From: Planctomycetota bacterium
GTDB taxonomy: Bacteria > Planctomycetota > MHYJ01 > WSZJ01
Assembly (NCBI GenBank): GCA_038060895.1
Contig: JBBTCT010000022.1
Span: forward strand, 1-64,000
DNA: 64,000 bases
Direction: 5' to 3'
The stretch's first letter is position 1. Every line of letters starts with the position of its first letter. Positions 9,294 to 22,489 of the stretch are shown here, one piece after another. The notes beneath the pieces were generated by a model. It saw only the letters and a list, made by a program, of their open reading frames with translations. It searched no databases and was not told the DNA's origin. The translations under genes were made by a program, and so were the position numbers.

Positions 9294-10751
9294 ATGAAGA
9301 GGAAAATGCTGATCGCCGCTTCCACCCTCCTGGGCGCTGTTTTCGTTTTCTTCGCCGGGCGCAGCTGTGCCCCCGAAGCCGCCGGGTCGGGCGAGACTCC
9401 ACTCGTCCAGAGCACCGGGCAGATCTGGACCTGTTCCATGCACCCGCAGATCAGGCTGCCAAATCCCGGCAAGTGCCCGATCTGCTCCATGCCTCTCATC
9501 CCGATCGAGGACGACAAGGGCTCGAAGGGCGGCGCGCCCTCCATGCAGCTTTCCGAAGCCGCCATTGCGATGGCGGGGATCGAAACCGCGAAAGCTGCTC
9601 GACGCGCGGTCTTCCATGAGATACGCGCCATCGGCCGCATCGAGCCGAACGAAACCGCGCTGACCACGATCACGTCGCGCGTGGAGGGTTGGGTCGAGCG
9701 GCTCTTCGTCGACGCCACCGGAGTCCCGGTTGCAAAAGGCGATCACATGCTGGAGCTGTACAGCCCCGAACTCATCTCCGACCAGCGCGAGCTCCTGATC
9801 GCGCTGAGGACCAACGCCTCCCCCGAAGTCCTCAAGGCGGCGCGGTCCCGCCTGGAACGGTGGGGGATGGCGACCGAGGAAATCGAAGAAGTCCTGAAGA
9901 CGCAGGAAGTCCGCGAATTCGTCACCATCCACTCGCCGGCCGCGGGGACCGTCCTGGAAAAATCCGTGGTGAAGGGAACACACGTCGACCGCGGGGACAC
10001 CCTGTACCGACTGGCAGACCTTGGCTCCGTCTGGGTCCACCTCGACATCTACGAGTACGAGATCGACTGGGTGCGCCCCGGACAAGAGGTCAGGACGGTC
10101 GCCGAGTCCCAACCCGGGAGAGAATTCGACGGGACCGTGACGTTCGTCAGCCCGGTCCTCAACGAGGAAACGCGGACGATCCGCGTCCGCGTCGCCCTCC
10201 CCAATCCGGGCGGCGTGCTCAAGCCCGGCATGTTCGTGAGCGCCTCGCTGCAGGTCGGCCTGCTGAAGTCCGGGCAGCCGGCGCCGACGGCGCGGGCGGG
10301 GAAATGGACCTGTCCGATGCACCCGGAGGTCGTTGCGGAGGCGGCGGGGAAGTGCCCCAAGTGCAGCATGCCCCTGGAGCAGTTTGCGGGAAGAGGCGTA
10401 CGGCCATCCGAAGACGATCTCCGTGTGCTCGCCGTGCCGGCGACGGCGGTGCTCGATTCCGGGACGAGGAAGCTTGCCTACGTGCTGCGCTCTCCGGGGC
10501 GTTTCGAACAGCGCGAAGTCGTTGTCGGATTGCGCTCCGGGGACTGGCTTCCCGTGATCTCGGGGATCGCCGAGGGTGAACAGGTCGCGGTGCGCGGGGG
10601 ATTCCTGATCGACTCGCAATTCCAGATCCGCGGACTGCCGAGCCTGCTCAATCCGGGAGGAGGCGCTTCTCCGGCGCCCCACAAACACGGAACGGAATCC
10701 GCGCCCAAAGAAGAAGGACCGAGCCACGAAGGTTCGGAGCACGGGAAATAG
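9294..10751 (+). CDS. cusB: CusB-like membrane fusion protein with two heavy-metal-binding domains
   Basis: WTCSMHP...CPICSM and WTCPMHP...CPKCSM, GWVERL, LYSPEL, ETRTIRVR, LKPGMF, FLIDSQ, His-rich tail. Confidence 0.9.
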   Translation: MKRKMLIAASTLLGAVFVFFAGRSCAPEAAGSGETPLVQSTGQIWTCSMHPQIRLPNPGKCPICSMPLIPIEDDKGSKGGAPSMQLSEAAIAMAGIETAKAARRAVFHEIRAIGRIEPNETALTTITSRVEGWVERLFVDATGVPVAKGDHMLELYSPELISDQRELLIALRTNASPEVLKAARSRLERWGMATEEIEEVLKTQEVREFVTIHSPAAGTVLEKSVVKGTHVDRGDTLYRLADLGSVWVHLDIYEYEIDWVRPGQEVRTVAESQPGREFDGTVTFVSPVLNEETRTIRVRVALPNPGGVLKPGMFVSASLQVGLLKSGQPAPTARAGKWTCPMHPEVVAEAAGKCPKCSMPLEQFAGRGVRPSEDDLRVLAVPATAVLDSGTRKLAYVLRSPGRFEQREVVVGLRSGDWLPVISGIAEGEQVAVRGGFLIDSQFQIRGLPSLLNPGGGASPAPHKHGTESAPKEEGPSHEGSEHGK

Positions 10752-13700
10752 CCCATGATCGACGCCCTCATCCGATGGTGCCTGACGCACCGCTTCCTGG
10801 TCCTCATCGGGATGGCCGCGCTCGCCTGGGGAGGCTACGAGGCGCTTCGGCGCACGCCCGTGGATGCCATCCCGGACATCGGCGAGAAACAGGTCATCGT
10901 CTTCGCGGACTGGCCCGGCCGCTCGCCGCAGGATGTGGACGACCAGGTGACGTTTCCCCTCACGACGAGCCTGACCGGAACGCCGGGCGTGAAAACGATC
11001 CGCTCGATGTCAGGATTCGGGTTCTCCATGGTCTTCGTGATCTTTGAGGACTCGGCCGACTACTACTGGGCGCGCTCGAGAGTGCTCGAGCGCATGAACG
11101 TCGCGCAGCAGCGCCTCCCTGAAGGGGTCTCGCCGGTGCTCGGCCCGGACGCGACCGCGCTCGGACAGGTGTTCTGGTACACGCTCGAAGGCGAAGGATT
11201 CGACCTCGCCGAACTGCGGTCGGTCCAGGACTGGTACGTCCGCTACCAGCTCAACGCCGTCGAAGGCGTCTCCGAGGTCGCCTCCGTCGGCGGCTTCGTG
11301 AAGCAGTACCAGATCGACGTCCACCCCGACAAAATGAGGGCGCACGGCGTCAGCCTCCCCGAGATCTACGAGGCCGTCCGGCGCTCCAACATCGACGTGG
11401 GGGCGAAAGTCCTCGAGAAGAACGGCATCGAGTTCTTCATCCGCGGCGTCGGGTTCGTCAAGTCCGTCTCCGATCTCGAGAACATCGTCATCCGACAGCA
11501 GGGCGGCACGCCGGTCTGCGTCAAGAACGTCGCCACCGTCGCGCTCGGCGCGGATTTCCGCCGCGGCGCCCTCGACAAGGGAGGCGTCGAGGCCGTTGGC
11601 GGCGTCGTTCTCATGCGCTACGGCGAAAACCCGCTCGCGGTCGTGGAGCGCGTGAAGGAGAAGCTGAAAACGCTGGAGGCCGGCCTTCCCTCGAAGCCCC
11701 TCGCGGACGGGCGCGTCTCGAAAGTCCGCCTGGTGCCATTTTACGATCGCACGGACATCGTCAACGAGACCATCGCGACGCTGAAGGAGACCCTCGTCGA
11801 GGAAATGGCAGTCGCGAGTCTCATCATCATCCTCTTCCTCCTTCACCTCCGAAGCGCCGCCGCCACGCTCGTCACGTTTCCGCTGGCGCTCGCCTTCTCG
11901 TTCGTCCTCATGTGGGCGGCCGGCGTGGACTCCAACATCATGTCGCTCGCCGGGCTGGCGATCGCCATCGGCGACGTCGGCGATATGGGGATCATCATGA
12001 CGGAGAACATCTACCGGCGCATCGCGACAGCGCCCCCCGGCAAGAGCCATTTCGAGAACGTTTACGACGGCGCGCGTGAAGTCGGCGGCGCGATCGTCAC
12101 CGCCGTCTCCAACACGCTCGTGTCGTTCGTGCCGGTGTTCCTCCTCGAGGGACAGGAAGGCAAACTCTTCAAGCCCCTCGCGTACACCAAGACGTTCGCG
12201 ATCGGCGGCTCGGTCGTGCTCGCGCTCACCGTCGTCCCCCTGATGTGCTATTTCCTCTTCCAGCCCGTCGCGTGGACCCGCCGGCGCGTCCTGGAAGTCG
12301 CCGGGGGGATCGGCCTGCTGGTCGCGATCGGCGCACGGTGGGCGCTCGAGTGGGGCGGATTCGGCGGCGGCCTCGTCGGCTGGCCGACCTCGATCGCGGC
12401 CGGCGTCATCGCCGGGCTCGCCGTCGTCCGCATGACGCGCGAACGCTTTCTCCCCCTCGAGGAAAACGTCGTCTCCCGCGGCATCGCCCGCCTGTACGTC
12501 CCCGCGCTTCGCTGGGTGCTGGCGCACAAGCTCGCCTTCCTCGCGCTTCCCACCGTCATCCTCTTCGCCGGCCTCACCGTCTGGCTCGGAGCGGGCGTCA
12601 CGTTCGCGCCGCTCGGCTGGGTCGCCAACGCCGGCGCTTCAAGTCCGCGCCTCGAACTCGGCCAGCTGCGCTGGCAGAAAGTGAAAGGCGCGGGCGGCGG
12701 CGTGCGGACGCGCGTGCTCTGGCGGCGGCAGACGGACGAGGAGAAGGCGGTGGAGTCCGGGAAGGGGCTGCAGGTCTTGCGCGAGGGGCGGGTGCTGCCG
12801 GGGATCGGCCGCGAGTTCATGCCGCCGCTGGACGAGGGATCGATCCTGTACATGCCGTCGATGCTGCCGCAGGGGTCGCTGTCGCAGGCGGTGGAAGTCA
12901 ACAGCCGTCAGGATCTGGCGATCGCGACGGTGCCGGAGGTGGAGTCGGTGGTCGGCAAGCTGGGGCGCGCGGAGTCCGCGCTCGACCCGGCGCCGATCGG
13001 GATGTTCGAGAGCATCGTGATCCTGAAGCCGGAGGACGAGTGGCGGCGGGTCCCCGTGAAGCGGTGGTTCTCGTCGTGGCCCGGCTGGCTGAAGGCGCCG
13101 CTCGCCCTTTTGGCGCCGGAGGACCGGGCGATCACGAAGGACGAGATCCTCGAGGAGATCCAGCGGAAATCGGCCATCCCCGGCGTGCTGCCGACGTTTC
13201 TCCAGCCGATCCAGACGCGGCTCGTCATGCTGCAGACCGGCTTCCGGGCGATGATGGGCGTGAAGATCTACGGGTCCGACCTGCGCGAGATTGAGCGGAT
13301 CGGTCTGCAGATGGAGGAGATCCTGCGCCACGTTCCGGGCGCGACCGACGTCGTCGCGGATCGCATCGTGGGCAAGCCGTACATCGAGATCGAGATCGAC
13401 CGGGAAAAGATCGGCCGCTACGGCGTGAGTATTCGCGACGTGCAGGATGTGATCGAAGTCGCCATCGGCGGGGAGAACTTGACCCAGACCGTGGAGGGGC
13501 GCGAGCGCTACCCCATCCGCGTCCGCTACCTGCGGGACTTCCGGGAGGACCTGCCCGAACTCGAGAGGATCCTCGTTCCCAGCTCAGCCGGCGCCCAGGT
13601 GCCGCTCGCGCAGCTCGCCACCCTCCGCACCGTCGTCGGCCCCCAGGAAATCAAGGGCGAGCGCGGCCTCCTCACCGGCTACGTCACCATGAACACCCGT

Positions 13701-14332
13701 GAGCGCGACGAAGTATCGGTCGTCGAGGACGCCGAAGCCGCCCTCCAGGCCGCGCGGCGCGAGGGCCGCCTGACCCTGCCCACCGGCTACTACTGGGAGT
13801 GGTCCGGGCAGTTCGAGAACCAGAAGCGCGCCACCGCCCGCATGAAGGTCGTCGTCCCTGCCTGCCTGGCCGTCATGTTCGTCATGCTCTCCGTCGGGTT
13901 CTCCCGCCCGTGGATCGGCCCCGTCATCTATTTCTCCATCTTCGTCTCCACCTCCGGCGGCTTCCTCCTGCTCGGCTGGTGGGGCGCCAACCTCTCAGTC
14001 GCCGTCTGGGTCGGATTCCTCGTGCTGTTCGGCGTCGTCGACGACGACGGCGTGGTCATGGCGACCTACCTCGAGGGGGTCTTCAAGGAGAAGACCTTTG
14101 CCTCCCGCGAGCAGGTACGGGACGCCGTCGTGGAGGCGGGGCTGAAACGCATCCGGCCGAGCCTCATGACGATGGCGACCACCGTCCTCGGCCTCGCGCC
14201 GATCTTCTGGGTGGACGGCCGAGGCTCGGACGTCATGCGCCCGATGGCCATCCCCTCCGTCGGCGGCATGGCGATCCAGATCGTCACGATGTTCATCGTT
14301 CCCTGCGTCTTCTGCTGGGTGGAGGAAATGAG

Positions 14333-17035
<2,703 letters not shown>

Positions 17036-17085
17036 CTCGACCGCCGACGCCGCGTACGTCACAAACCCCTTTCGGGAGGATCGAC

Positions 17086-17379
17086 ATGTTCAGAAACAGG
17101 CTGGTCGTGATGGGAACGTTCATGCTCAGTGCAGCTGTGCTGACGTCCTGCCAATCATCGGGTGAGACCACGACGCGGGAGAGTGTCAACTGCCCCTCGT
17201 GCAAGACGGCGGTCACGACGACACCCCTCAAGGGCTTGAGTTTCTCAAAACACATGTGTCCGAGTTGCAAAAGCACGACCGGAGTGGTCGGCGAGAGTTT
17301 CGACCCGGTTCACGTCTGCAACAAGTGCGAGCTGATCGTCGAGTTGTGCGATCTCTGCCGGAAAGAAGAGGGCAAGTAG
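17086..17379 (+). CDS. Small lipoprotein with four CxxC motifs
   Basis: GGAGG RBS, lipobox LTSC, CPSC, CPSC, CNKC, CDLC. Confidence 0.75.
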   Translation: MFRNRLVVMGTFMLSAAVLTSCQSSGETTTRESVNCPSCKTAVTTTPLKGLSFSKHMCPSCKSTTGVVGESFDPVHVCNKCELIVELCDLCRKEEGK

Positions 17380-17615
17380 AAGCAACAACAATGGCGGGGC
17401 CTGCCCTCGAGAGGACGGGCTCCTTCGCTTCAGACCCCCACGCGCTGTGCCGGACGGCATGGATGTACCCAGGGTTTGGCATGGACCCCGCCCTCTGGAC
17501 CAGGGAATCGGAGAGCGGGAATTCCCGGCTCGCGCCTGTTGTTGAAGGAGACGCTCGCGGTGCCACGCAAAAACCCGCTTGTTCGAAGTACCTCGATTGA
17601 CGTAAGGTAGGCCTC

Positions 17616-18002
17616 GTGAAACTCCGACGTTGCTCTCCATTCGTCGCCGTGGCCTTTCTCGCCGCGCACCTCGCGGCCTGCGCCTGCCTCCGCACATCCG
17701 CAGGGTCGCGGCCGGCTTCGACATCGAAACCCCCGGAACACTCCTGCTGCTCGAAGTCGTCGCACGATGCGCCGCGACCCGTCGAGCCCGTGAAGTCCCC
17801 GTGCTGCTGCGACGATCCGTCTCACTTCGCCGTCACGGACGAGCCGACCGTCGCCGTCAAGTCACTCCTGGTCGATTCCCCGGCAGTCGTTCTTCCCGTC
17901 CTCCTCGGCGCCGAGATCCGCCGCTGCGCCTTCGACGGCTCTCCCCCCGGGAGGGCCCCCGACGTTCCACTCTACACGCTGCACAACTCGCTGCTGATCT
18001 AG
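17616..18002 (+). CDS. Small Cys/Pro-rich exported ORF, candidate leader peptide (paralog of 6591)
   Basis: CAC, CC, CCC and C-terminal GSPPGRAPDVPLYTLHNSLLI. Confidence 0.65.
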   Translation: MKLRRCSPFVAVAFLAAHLAACACLRTSAGSRPASTSKPPEHSCCSKSSHDAPRPVEPVKSPCCCDDPSHFAVTDEPTVAVKSLLVDSPAVVLPVLLGAEIRRCAFDGSPPGRAPDVPLYTLHNSLLI

Positions 18003-18060
18003 CGCGCGCCGGACGGGACCGACATTCCCCCTCCCGCTTCCCGTGTTTTCAGGTGCGCCC

Positions 18061-19026
18061 ATGCGGACATTCCCGCTTTTCGTCGCTTTTCTCCTCACGT
18101 CCTCAATCGCGTTCGCCCACGACCCCGTGCGCGACCCGATCTGCGGCATGATGATCGAACCCGAGCACGCCGCGGCGACCGCGGAATACCTCGGGAAAAC
18201 GTACTACTTCTGCCAGGTCGAAGAGCGCGCGCAGTTCCTCGCCAATCCCTCGAAGTTCGTCTCGGCGAAGCGGCTCCAGCGCTGGGCGGCCGGCGGGCAG
18301 CTGATCGCCACGATCGACCCGGGCGAGCCGGCCGCCGGCTCCGATGTCCGGCTGCGCGTCCTCCTCGCCCCGGCGAAAGGCGACGGCGCCGACGAATCGT
18401 CCCCCGTCGCGCTGCGCGACCCCGTCGTCCATTTCTTCGACGTCGACCGCGATCGCCCCGCCGAGAAGACGATCGTCCGTCTCCAGCCCCTCGGAGGCAA
18501 CGCTTACGGCGCCCTCCGCCTCGCCGCCCGCCCCGGAGATACGCGATTCGTCATCGAAGCCACAACCGCGGCGGGCGAACCTGTGCGCCTCTCCGGTTCC
18601 TTCACGGCGGTCGAGAGCGCCGGTCCCGCCGTCCCCGACGAGCCCTTCACGATGGCCCGCCAGCACGAGGTCATGCGGCGCTTCGGGCGCCACTGGGAGG
18701 AGATCCGCGTCGAACTCCTCAGGGAAAAACCCGACGCAGCCGCCATCCGTGCTTCCGCCAGCAGGATCGAAGACGAGCGGAAGCGGCTGCCGCTCTTTGA
18801 GCTGCATGTGAACAACCAGGAGAAGCCGGAGTTCGTGAAGTACGGAGAAGATCTGAAGGGGCCGCTCGCGGAGTTGGCGAAGCTGGCGGAACGAAGAGAT
18901 TTCGGGGCTGTGCGCGCCTTGCAGCGTGCGCAAGAGACGGAGAGCTGCGTGAAGTGCCACCTGAAGTTCCGGTGGGACGTGGTGAGGGATCTGTCGAGGT
19001 TCCCCAGGGTGGAGGGGCGGAAATGA
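18061..19026 (+). CDS. Exported YHS-domain / cytochrome c'-like fusion
   Basis: Signal peptide, DPICGM...YYFC (YHS), helical C-terminal domain ending in CVKCH. Confidence 0.75.
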   Translation: MRTFPLFVAFLLTSSIAFAHDPVRDPICGMMIEPEHAAATAEYLGKTYYFCQVEERAQFLANPSKFVSAKRLQRWAAGGQLIATIDPGEPAAGSDVRLRVLLAPAKGDGADESSPVALRDPVVHFFDVDRDRPAEKTIVRLQPLGGNAYGALRLAARPGDTRFVIEATTAAGEPVRLSGSFTAVESAGPAVPDEPFTMARQHEVMRRFGRHWEEIRVELLREKPDAAAIRASASRIEDERKRLPLFELHVNNQEKPEFVKYGEDLKGPLAELAKLAERRDFGAVRALQRAQETESCVKCHLKFRWDVVRDLSRFPRVEGRK

Positions 19027-20303
19027 AGCGGCGGGTCGGCGGGATCGTGCTGGGCGCCGCGGTTCTTCTCGCCGTCGGGATCGCCATGTCGACGTGGGCG
19101 TGGCGCCGTCCGGTCGGGGTGCCGTCGCCGAAAGTCCCGGCGCGCGTGTGGCTGGAGGACCGGCCTCGCACGGGCGTCCTCCCCGGCGACCCCGAAGCCG
19201 GGAAAGCGCTGTACACGGTTCAGTGCGCTTCCTGCCACGGCGAGGGCGGCGCTGGAGATGGCCCCGCCGCGGCTGCGCTTTGGCCGCGCCCGCGCGACCA
19301 CACGGATGCGTCCTACATGAACGCACGTACCGACGACGACCTCTTCCAGGCGATCCGCGGCGGCGGCCCGGAAGTCGGGCGCTCCAAACTCATGCCCCGG
19401 TGGGACGACCGCTTCGACGCGCTTCAGATGTGGGCGCTCGTCGCGTACGTGCGCACGCTCGCGCCGGCGCCTCCGAAGGCGGCGGGTAGCCGTGTGCGGG
19501 ATCGCGAGGCGATTCTCTCCGACGACCGGCTCACCCGGGCGGGCGGCGGCCCGCGGCGTGCGCCGGTGCACGCGTTCCTGGACGAGCAGGGGCGCGTGAC
19601 GGGATACGCGACTTACCCCGTAGCGGAGATCGAGGGCGTTCGCGCGGGGCTTACCCTGACGTTCGACGCCGAAGCGCGGCTGGAGGCGATCGAGTCGCAC
19701 CGTCGAATCCGCGTCCGCGGAATCCCGGCAGGTGCTGTCGATGCGTGGCTGGCCGCCAGGGCGGCGGGCGGCCTGGTCGGCGCCCCGGATGTCGAACACA
19801 CCTTGCGAACGACGATCGAGGCGGCCATGCCCCGATTGCACGAAGCCGTGGGACAACTCGCCGACGACGAGGCGGCCGCTGAGGCGCTGCTCCAAAACCC
19901 GCCGGCCGATCGCGGCACCACTCTGTTCCTCGCGTCTTGCGCAAGCTGCCACGGCGCAACCGGCCGGGTCGTCGGCCCTCGCGTCGTCCAGGGCGCGTTC
20001 CGTCCCCGGAACTTCGCGGATGGCGAGCGCATGAACGCACTGTCGGACGAATACCTGAGGGAAGTCATAGCGAACGGAGGGCTGCACTGGAACTTGTCCA
20101 GCTCCATGCCGGCCTTCCGGGACATCTCGGCGGAAGACGTGGACGTCCTGGTCGAGCACGTGCGGTCCCTGGCCGTCCCGCGGCCGGACCGCGCCTGCCC
20201 GTGTAGCGCGCGCGAAGGGAAGTGTTCCATGGTTGACATCGCGGGGCACTGCAGGTGCCGCGGGGTGCACAGGACAGGGGAGAAGTGTCCGCATGAAAAT
20301 TAG
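19023..20303 (+). CDS. Membrane-anchored diheme cytochrome c with Cys/His-rich tail
   Basis: Two CASCHG motifs each followed by PRD/PRN and a distal MP. C-terminal CPC...C...HCRC...H...CPH. Confidence 0.82.
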   Translation: MKRRVGGIVLGAAVLLAVGIAMSTWAWRRPVGVPSPKVPARVWLEDRPRTGVLPGDPEAGKALYTVQCASCHGEGGAGDGPAAAALWPRPRDHTDASYMNARTDDDLFQAIRGGGPEVGRSKLMPRWDDRFDALQMWALVAYVRTLAPAPPKAAGSRVRDREAILSDDRLTRAGGGPRRAPVHAFLDEQGRVTGYATYPVAEIEGVRAGLTLTFDAEARLEAIESHRRIRVRGIPAGAVDAWLAARAAGGLVGAPDVEHTLRTTIEAAMPRLHEAVGQLADDEAAAEALLQNPPADRGTTLFLASCASCHGATGRVVGPRVVQGAFRPRNFADGERMNALSDEYLREVIANGGLHWNLSSSMPAFRDISAEDVDVLVEHVRSLAVPRPDRACPCSAREGKCSMVDIAGHCRCRGVHRTGEKCPHEN

Positions 20304-22476
20304 TCGCAAACTGGCCTGCACCGGCGTCCTCGGACTCGGCGCAACCGCGCTTCTGCTCGCGCACGAGGGGCACGCGGGGCTCGAGGCAAAGGGCGTCAAG
20401 GTGACGGGAGCGCTCCTTATCCTGGACGGGCGGACGGAGCGCGCACTCGGGATTTCCACAGTTCCGGCGCGGGAAGGCCCCGTCGAGGATTCCCTTCCCG
20501 TCAGCGCACGGGTTGTGCCCGCACCCGGGGCGAGATCGTTCGCGAGCGCGCGCCTGGCGGGGGTGGTGACCGACGTCAAGTGCGCGATCGGCGACCGCGT
20601 GAAGGCCGGCGACGTGCTGGCGCTTGTCGATTCGATCGACCTGGAATCGCTCGCCCTGCAATGGAGGCAGGCGGAGGACGACCTGTCCGTCGCCGGCGCG
20701 GACCTCGAACGGGCGGAGTCGGCCTCGCCGGCGATCCTGCCCGAACAGGAGATCGAGACGCTGCGCGGAATCGTGGACGACCGGAGGATTTCGCTGGAGG
20801 CCGCACTGCAGCGGTTGCGGATAGCGGGGGTCGAGGAAGAGTCGATCGCGGCGATGAAGGCGGGCGGCGCCGCGGTCCGCCGGTTGAAGATTCTTGCCGC
20901 AGGCGACGGCGTCTGCGTGCACGTCGACGTCACCCGGGGGCAGATCGTGGTCCCGGAACTCCACCTGTTCGAGATCGTCGACGACGCGGAACTCTGGGTC
21001 GAGGCCTGGGTCCCCGAACACTTCGCCGCCGACGCGACAGGGGGCCGCGCCGCCAGGGTCTCCTTCGAGGCGCTCCCCGGCCGCGACTTTTCCGTTTCTC
21101 TCTCTCGCGTAGCTGCCCGCGTCGACCCCGCCACGCGCACCCTGCTGGTCGCGGCGAAAATCGGCAAAACCGACGGACTCCGCCCTGGGACCCCGGGCAG
21201 GCTGGACCTCATCCGCCGTTCGGCCACCGGCGTTCTCGTGCCGCGCGGCGCGATCGCGCGCCAGGGGATCGAACGATTCGCGTTCATTGCGCTCGGAAGC
21301 GGCCGTTACCGGCGGCAGCCCGTCGCGCCCGGCGCCCGCGCGGGAAACGACGTGGAGATCCCCTCCGGAATCAAGCCCGGCGAAGCGGTCGTCGTGAACG
21401 GCGCGCGGGAGCTCGGCTCGCTCTTCGTCCAGGGCGTCTTCGAAATCCACGCCGACGCTCTTCGGGAACACGGCGTCCGGATCGCCGAAGCGGACTTGCG
21501 CACCGTCGAGCCCGTCATCCGCCTGTCCGCGACGCTTCGCGCCCCTCCCGGCTCTTCCGCATTCGTAACGAGCCTGGCGCACGGGAAGATCCGGCGTGTC
21601 CTGGCGTTCGAAGGCGACCGCGTCGAAGCCGGAGCGCCGCTCGCAGAAGTGGAGTCCGTCGAGGTCCGGGGAGACGAAGTGGAGCTGATCCGGTCGGCGA
21701 CGCGGATCAAGCTTCTTGAGAAGCGCGCGGGGTTTCTGCGCGAGCTCGAGAAGAAGGGGATCTCCGCGAGGAAGGAGCTGCTGCGACTGGAGGCGGACCT
21801 GCGCGCCGAGCGGCTTGCGGCGTTGACCCTGAAGGCGAAGTTGACGGCCGTGGGGGTTCCCGCGGACGAGGTGGAGGCCGTCCAGCGCGATGGAAAGCCG
21901 GGGGCCGCGGTGACGCTTCGCGCCGCCATTGCCGGCGTCATCGTCGCTTCATCCGCTTCCCCGGGCCAGGTCGTTGAGGCCCGCGAGCGGCTGTTCGAAA
22001 TCGCGAACACGGCCGTCCTGCGCGCGGAGGGCGTGCTTCCGGAGTCGCGTCTTGTCGAAGGTGTCCCCGGGCGGGGAGCGAAGGCGGTTCTGCGCCCCGC
22101 GGCCTGGCCCGGTCTCGGCTGGTCGACGGAAGTCACCGGGATTGCCCCCGGTCTTGGCGCGGGGAACGCGCTTTTCGTCTGGGCCGACGTCCTGAACCCG
22201 GGCGGGCAGTTGCGCGAAGGCATGGTGGCGGAGCTGGTCGTGGAGACCGGAGGCGGCGGTGGGCAGGTGATCGCCGTATCGGCGGACGCGCTCTGGCCCT
22301 CGGGAGGGAGCTGGTACGTCTTCCTGCAGGAAGGGGAGACGTTCCGGAGGCAGCGCGTCGTGCCGGGGCGGCGGGGCGCGCGCGACGTGGAGGTCCTGCA
22401 GGGGCTGTTTCCCGGCGACCGCGTGGCGGTCTCCGCGCTGGACGAACTGAATCTCGGCCTGAGCGCTGTCAAGTAA
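20293..22476 (+). CDS. CzcB-like membrane fusion protein with two tandem MFP units
   Basis: Two lipoyl/hairpin/barrel sets (GDRVKAGDVLA...VDPATRT; GDRVEAGAPLA...LREGM). AHEGH at the mature N-terminus. Confidence 0.82.
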   Translation: MKISRKLACTGVLGLGATALLLAHEGHAGLEAKGVKVTGALLILDGRTERALGISTVPAREGPVEDSLPVSARVVPAPGARSFASARLAGVVTDVKCAIGDRVKAGDVLALVDSIDLESLALQWRQAEDDLSVAGADLERAESASPAILPEQEIETLRGIVDDRRISLEAALQRLRIAGVEEESIAAMKAGGAAVRRLKILAAGDGVCVHVDVTRGQIVVPELHLFEIVDDAELWVEAWVPEHFAADATGGRAARVSFEALPGRDFSVSLSRVAARVDPATRTLLVAAKIGKTDGLRPGTPGRLDLIRRSATGVLVPRGAIARQGIERFAFIALGSGRYRRQPVAPGARAGNDVEIPSGIKPGEAVVVNGARELGSLFVQGVFEIHADALREHGVRIAEADLRTVEPVIRLSATLRAPPGSSAFVTSLAHGKIRRVLAFEGDRVEAGAPLAEVESVEVRGDEVELIRSATRIKLLEKRAGFLRELEKKGISARKELLRLEADLRAERLAALTLKAKLTAVGVPADEVEAVQRDGKPGAAVTLRAAIAGVIVASSASPGQVVEARERLFEIANTAVLRAEGVLPESRLVEGVPGRGAKAVLRPAAWPGLGWSTEVTGIAPGLGAGNALFVWADVLNPGGQLREGMVAELVVETGGGGGQVIAVSADALWPSGGSWYVFLQEGETFRRQRVVPGRRGARDVEVLQGLFPGDRVAVSALDELNLGLSAVK

Positions 22477-22489
22477 GAGGGGAATCCAG

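Noticed and set aside
13799-14332. N-terminal extension of the P-type ATPase ORF
   Set aside because: Out-of-frame overlap with cusA giving Arg-rich nonsense. The real start is ATG 14333. The same applies to extensions at 6767, 47505, 52600, 59845 and 61028.
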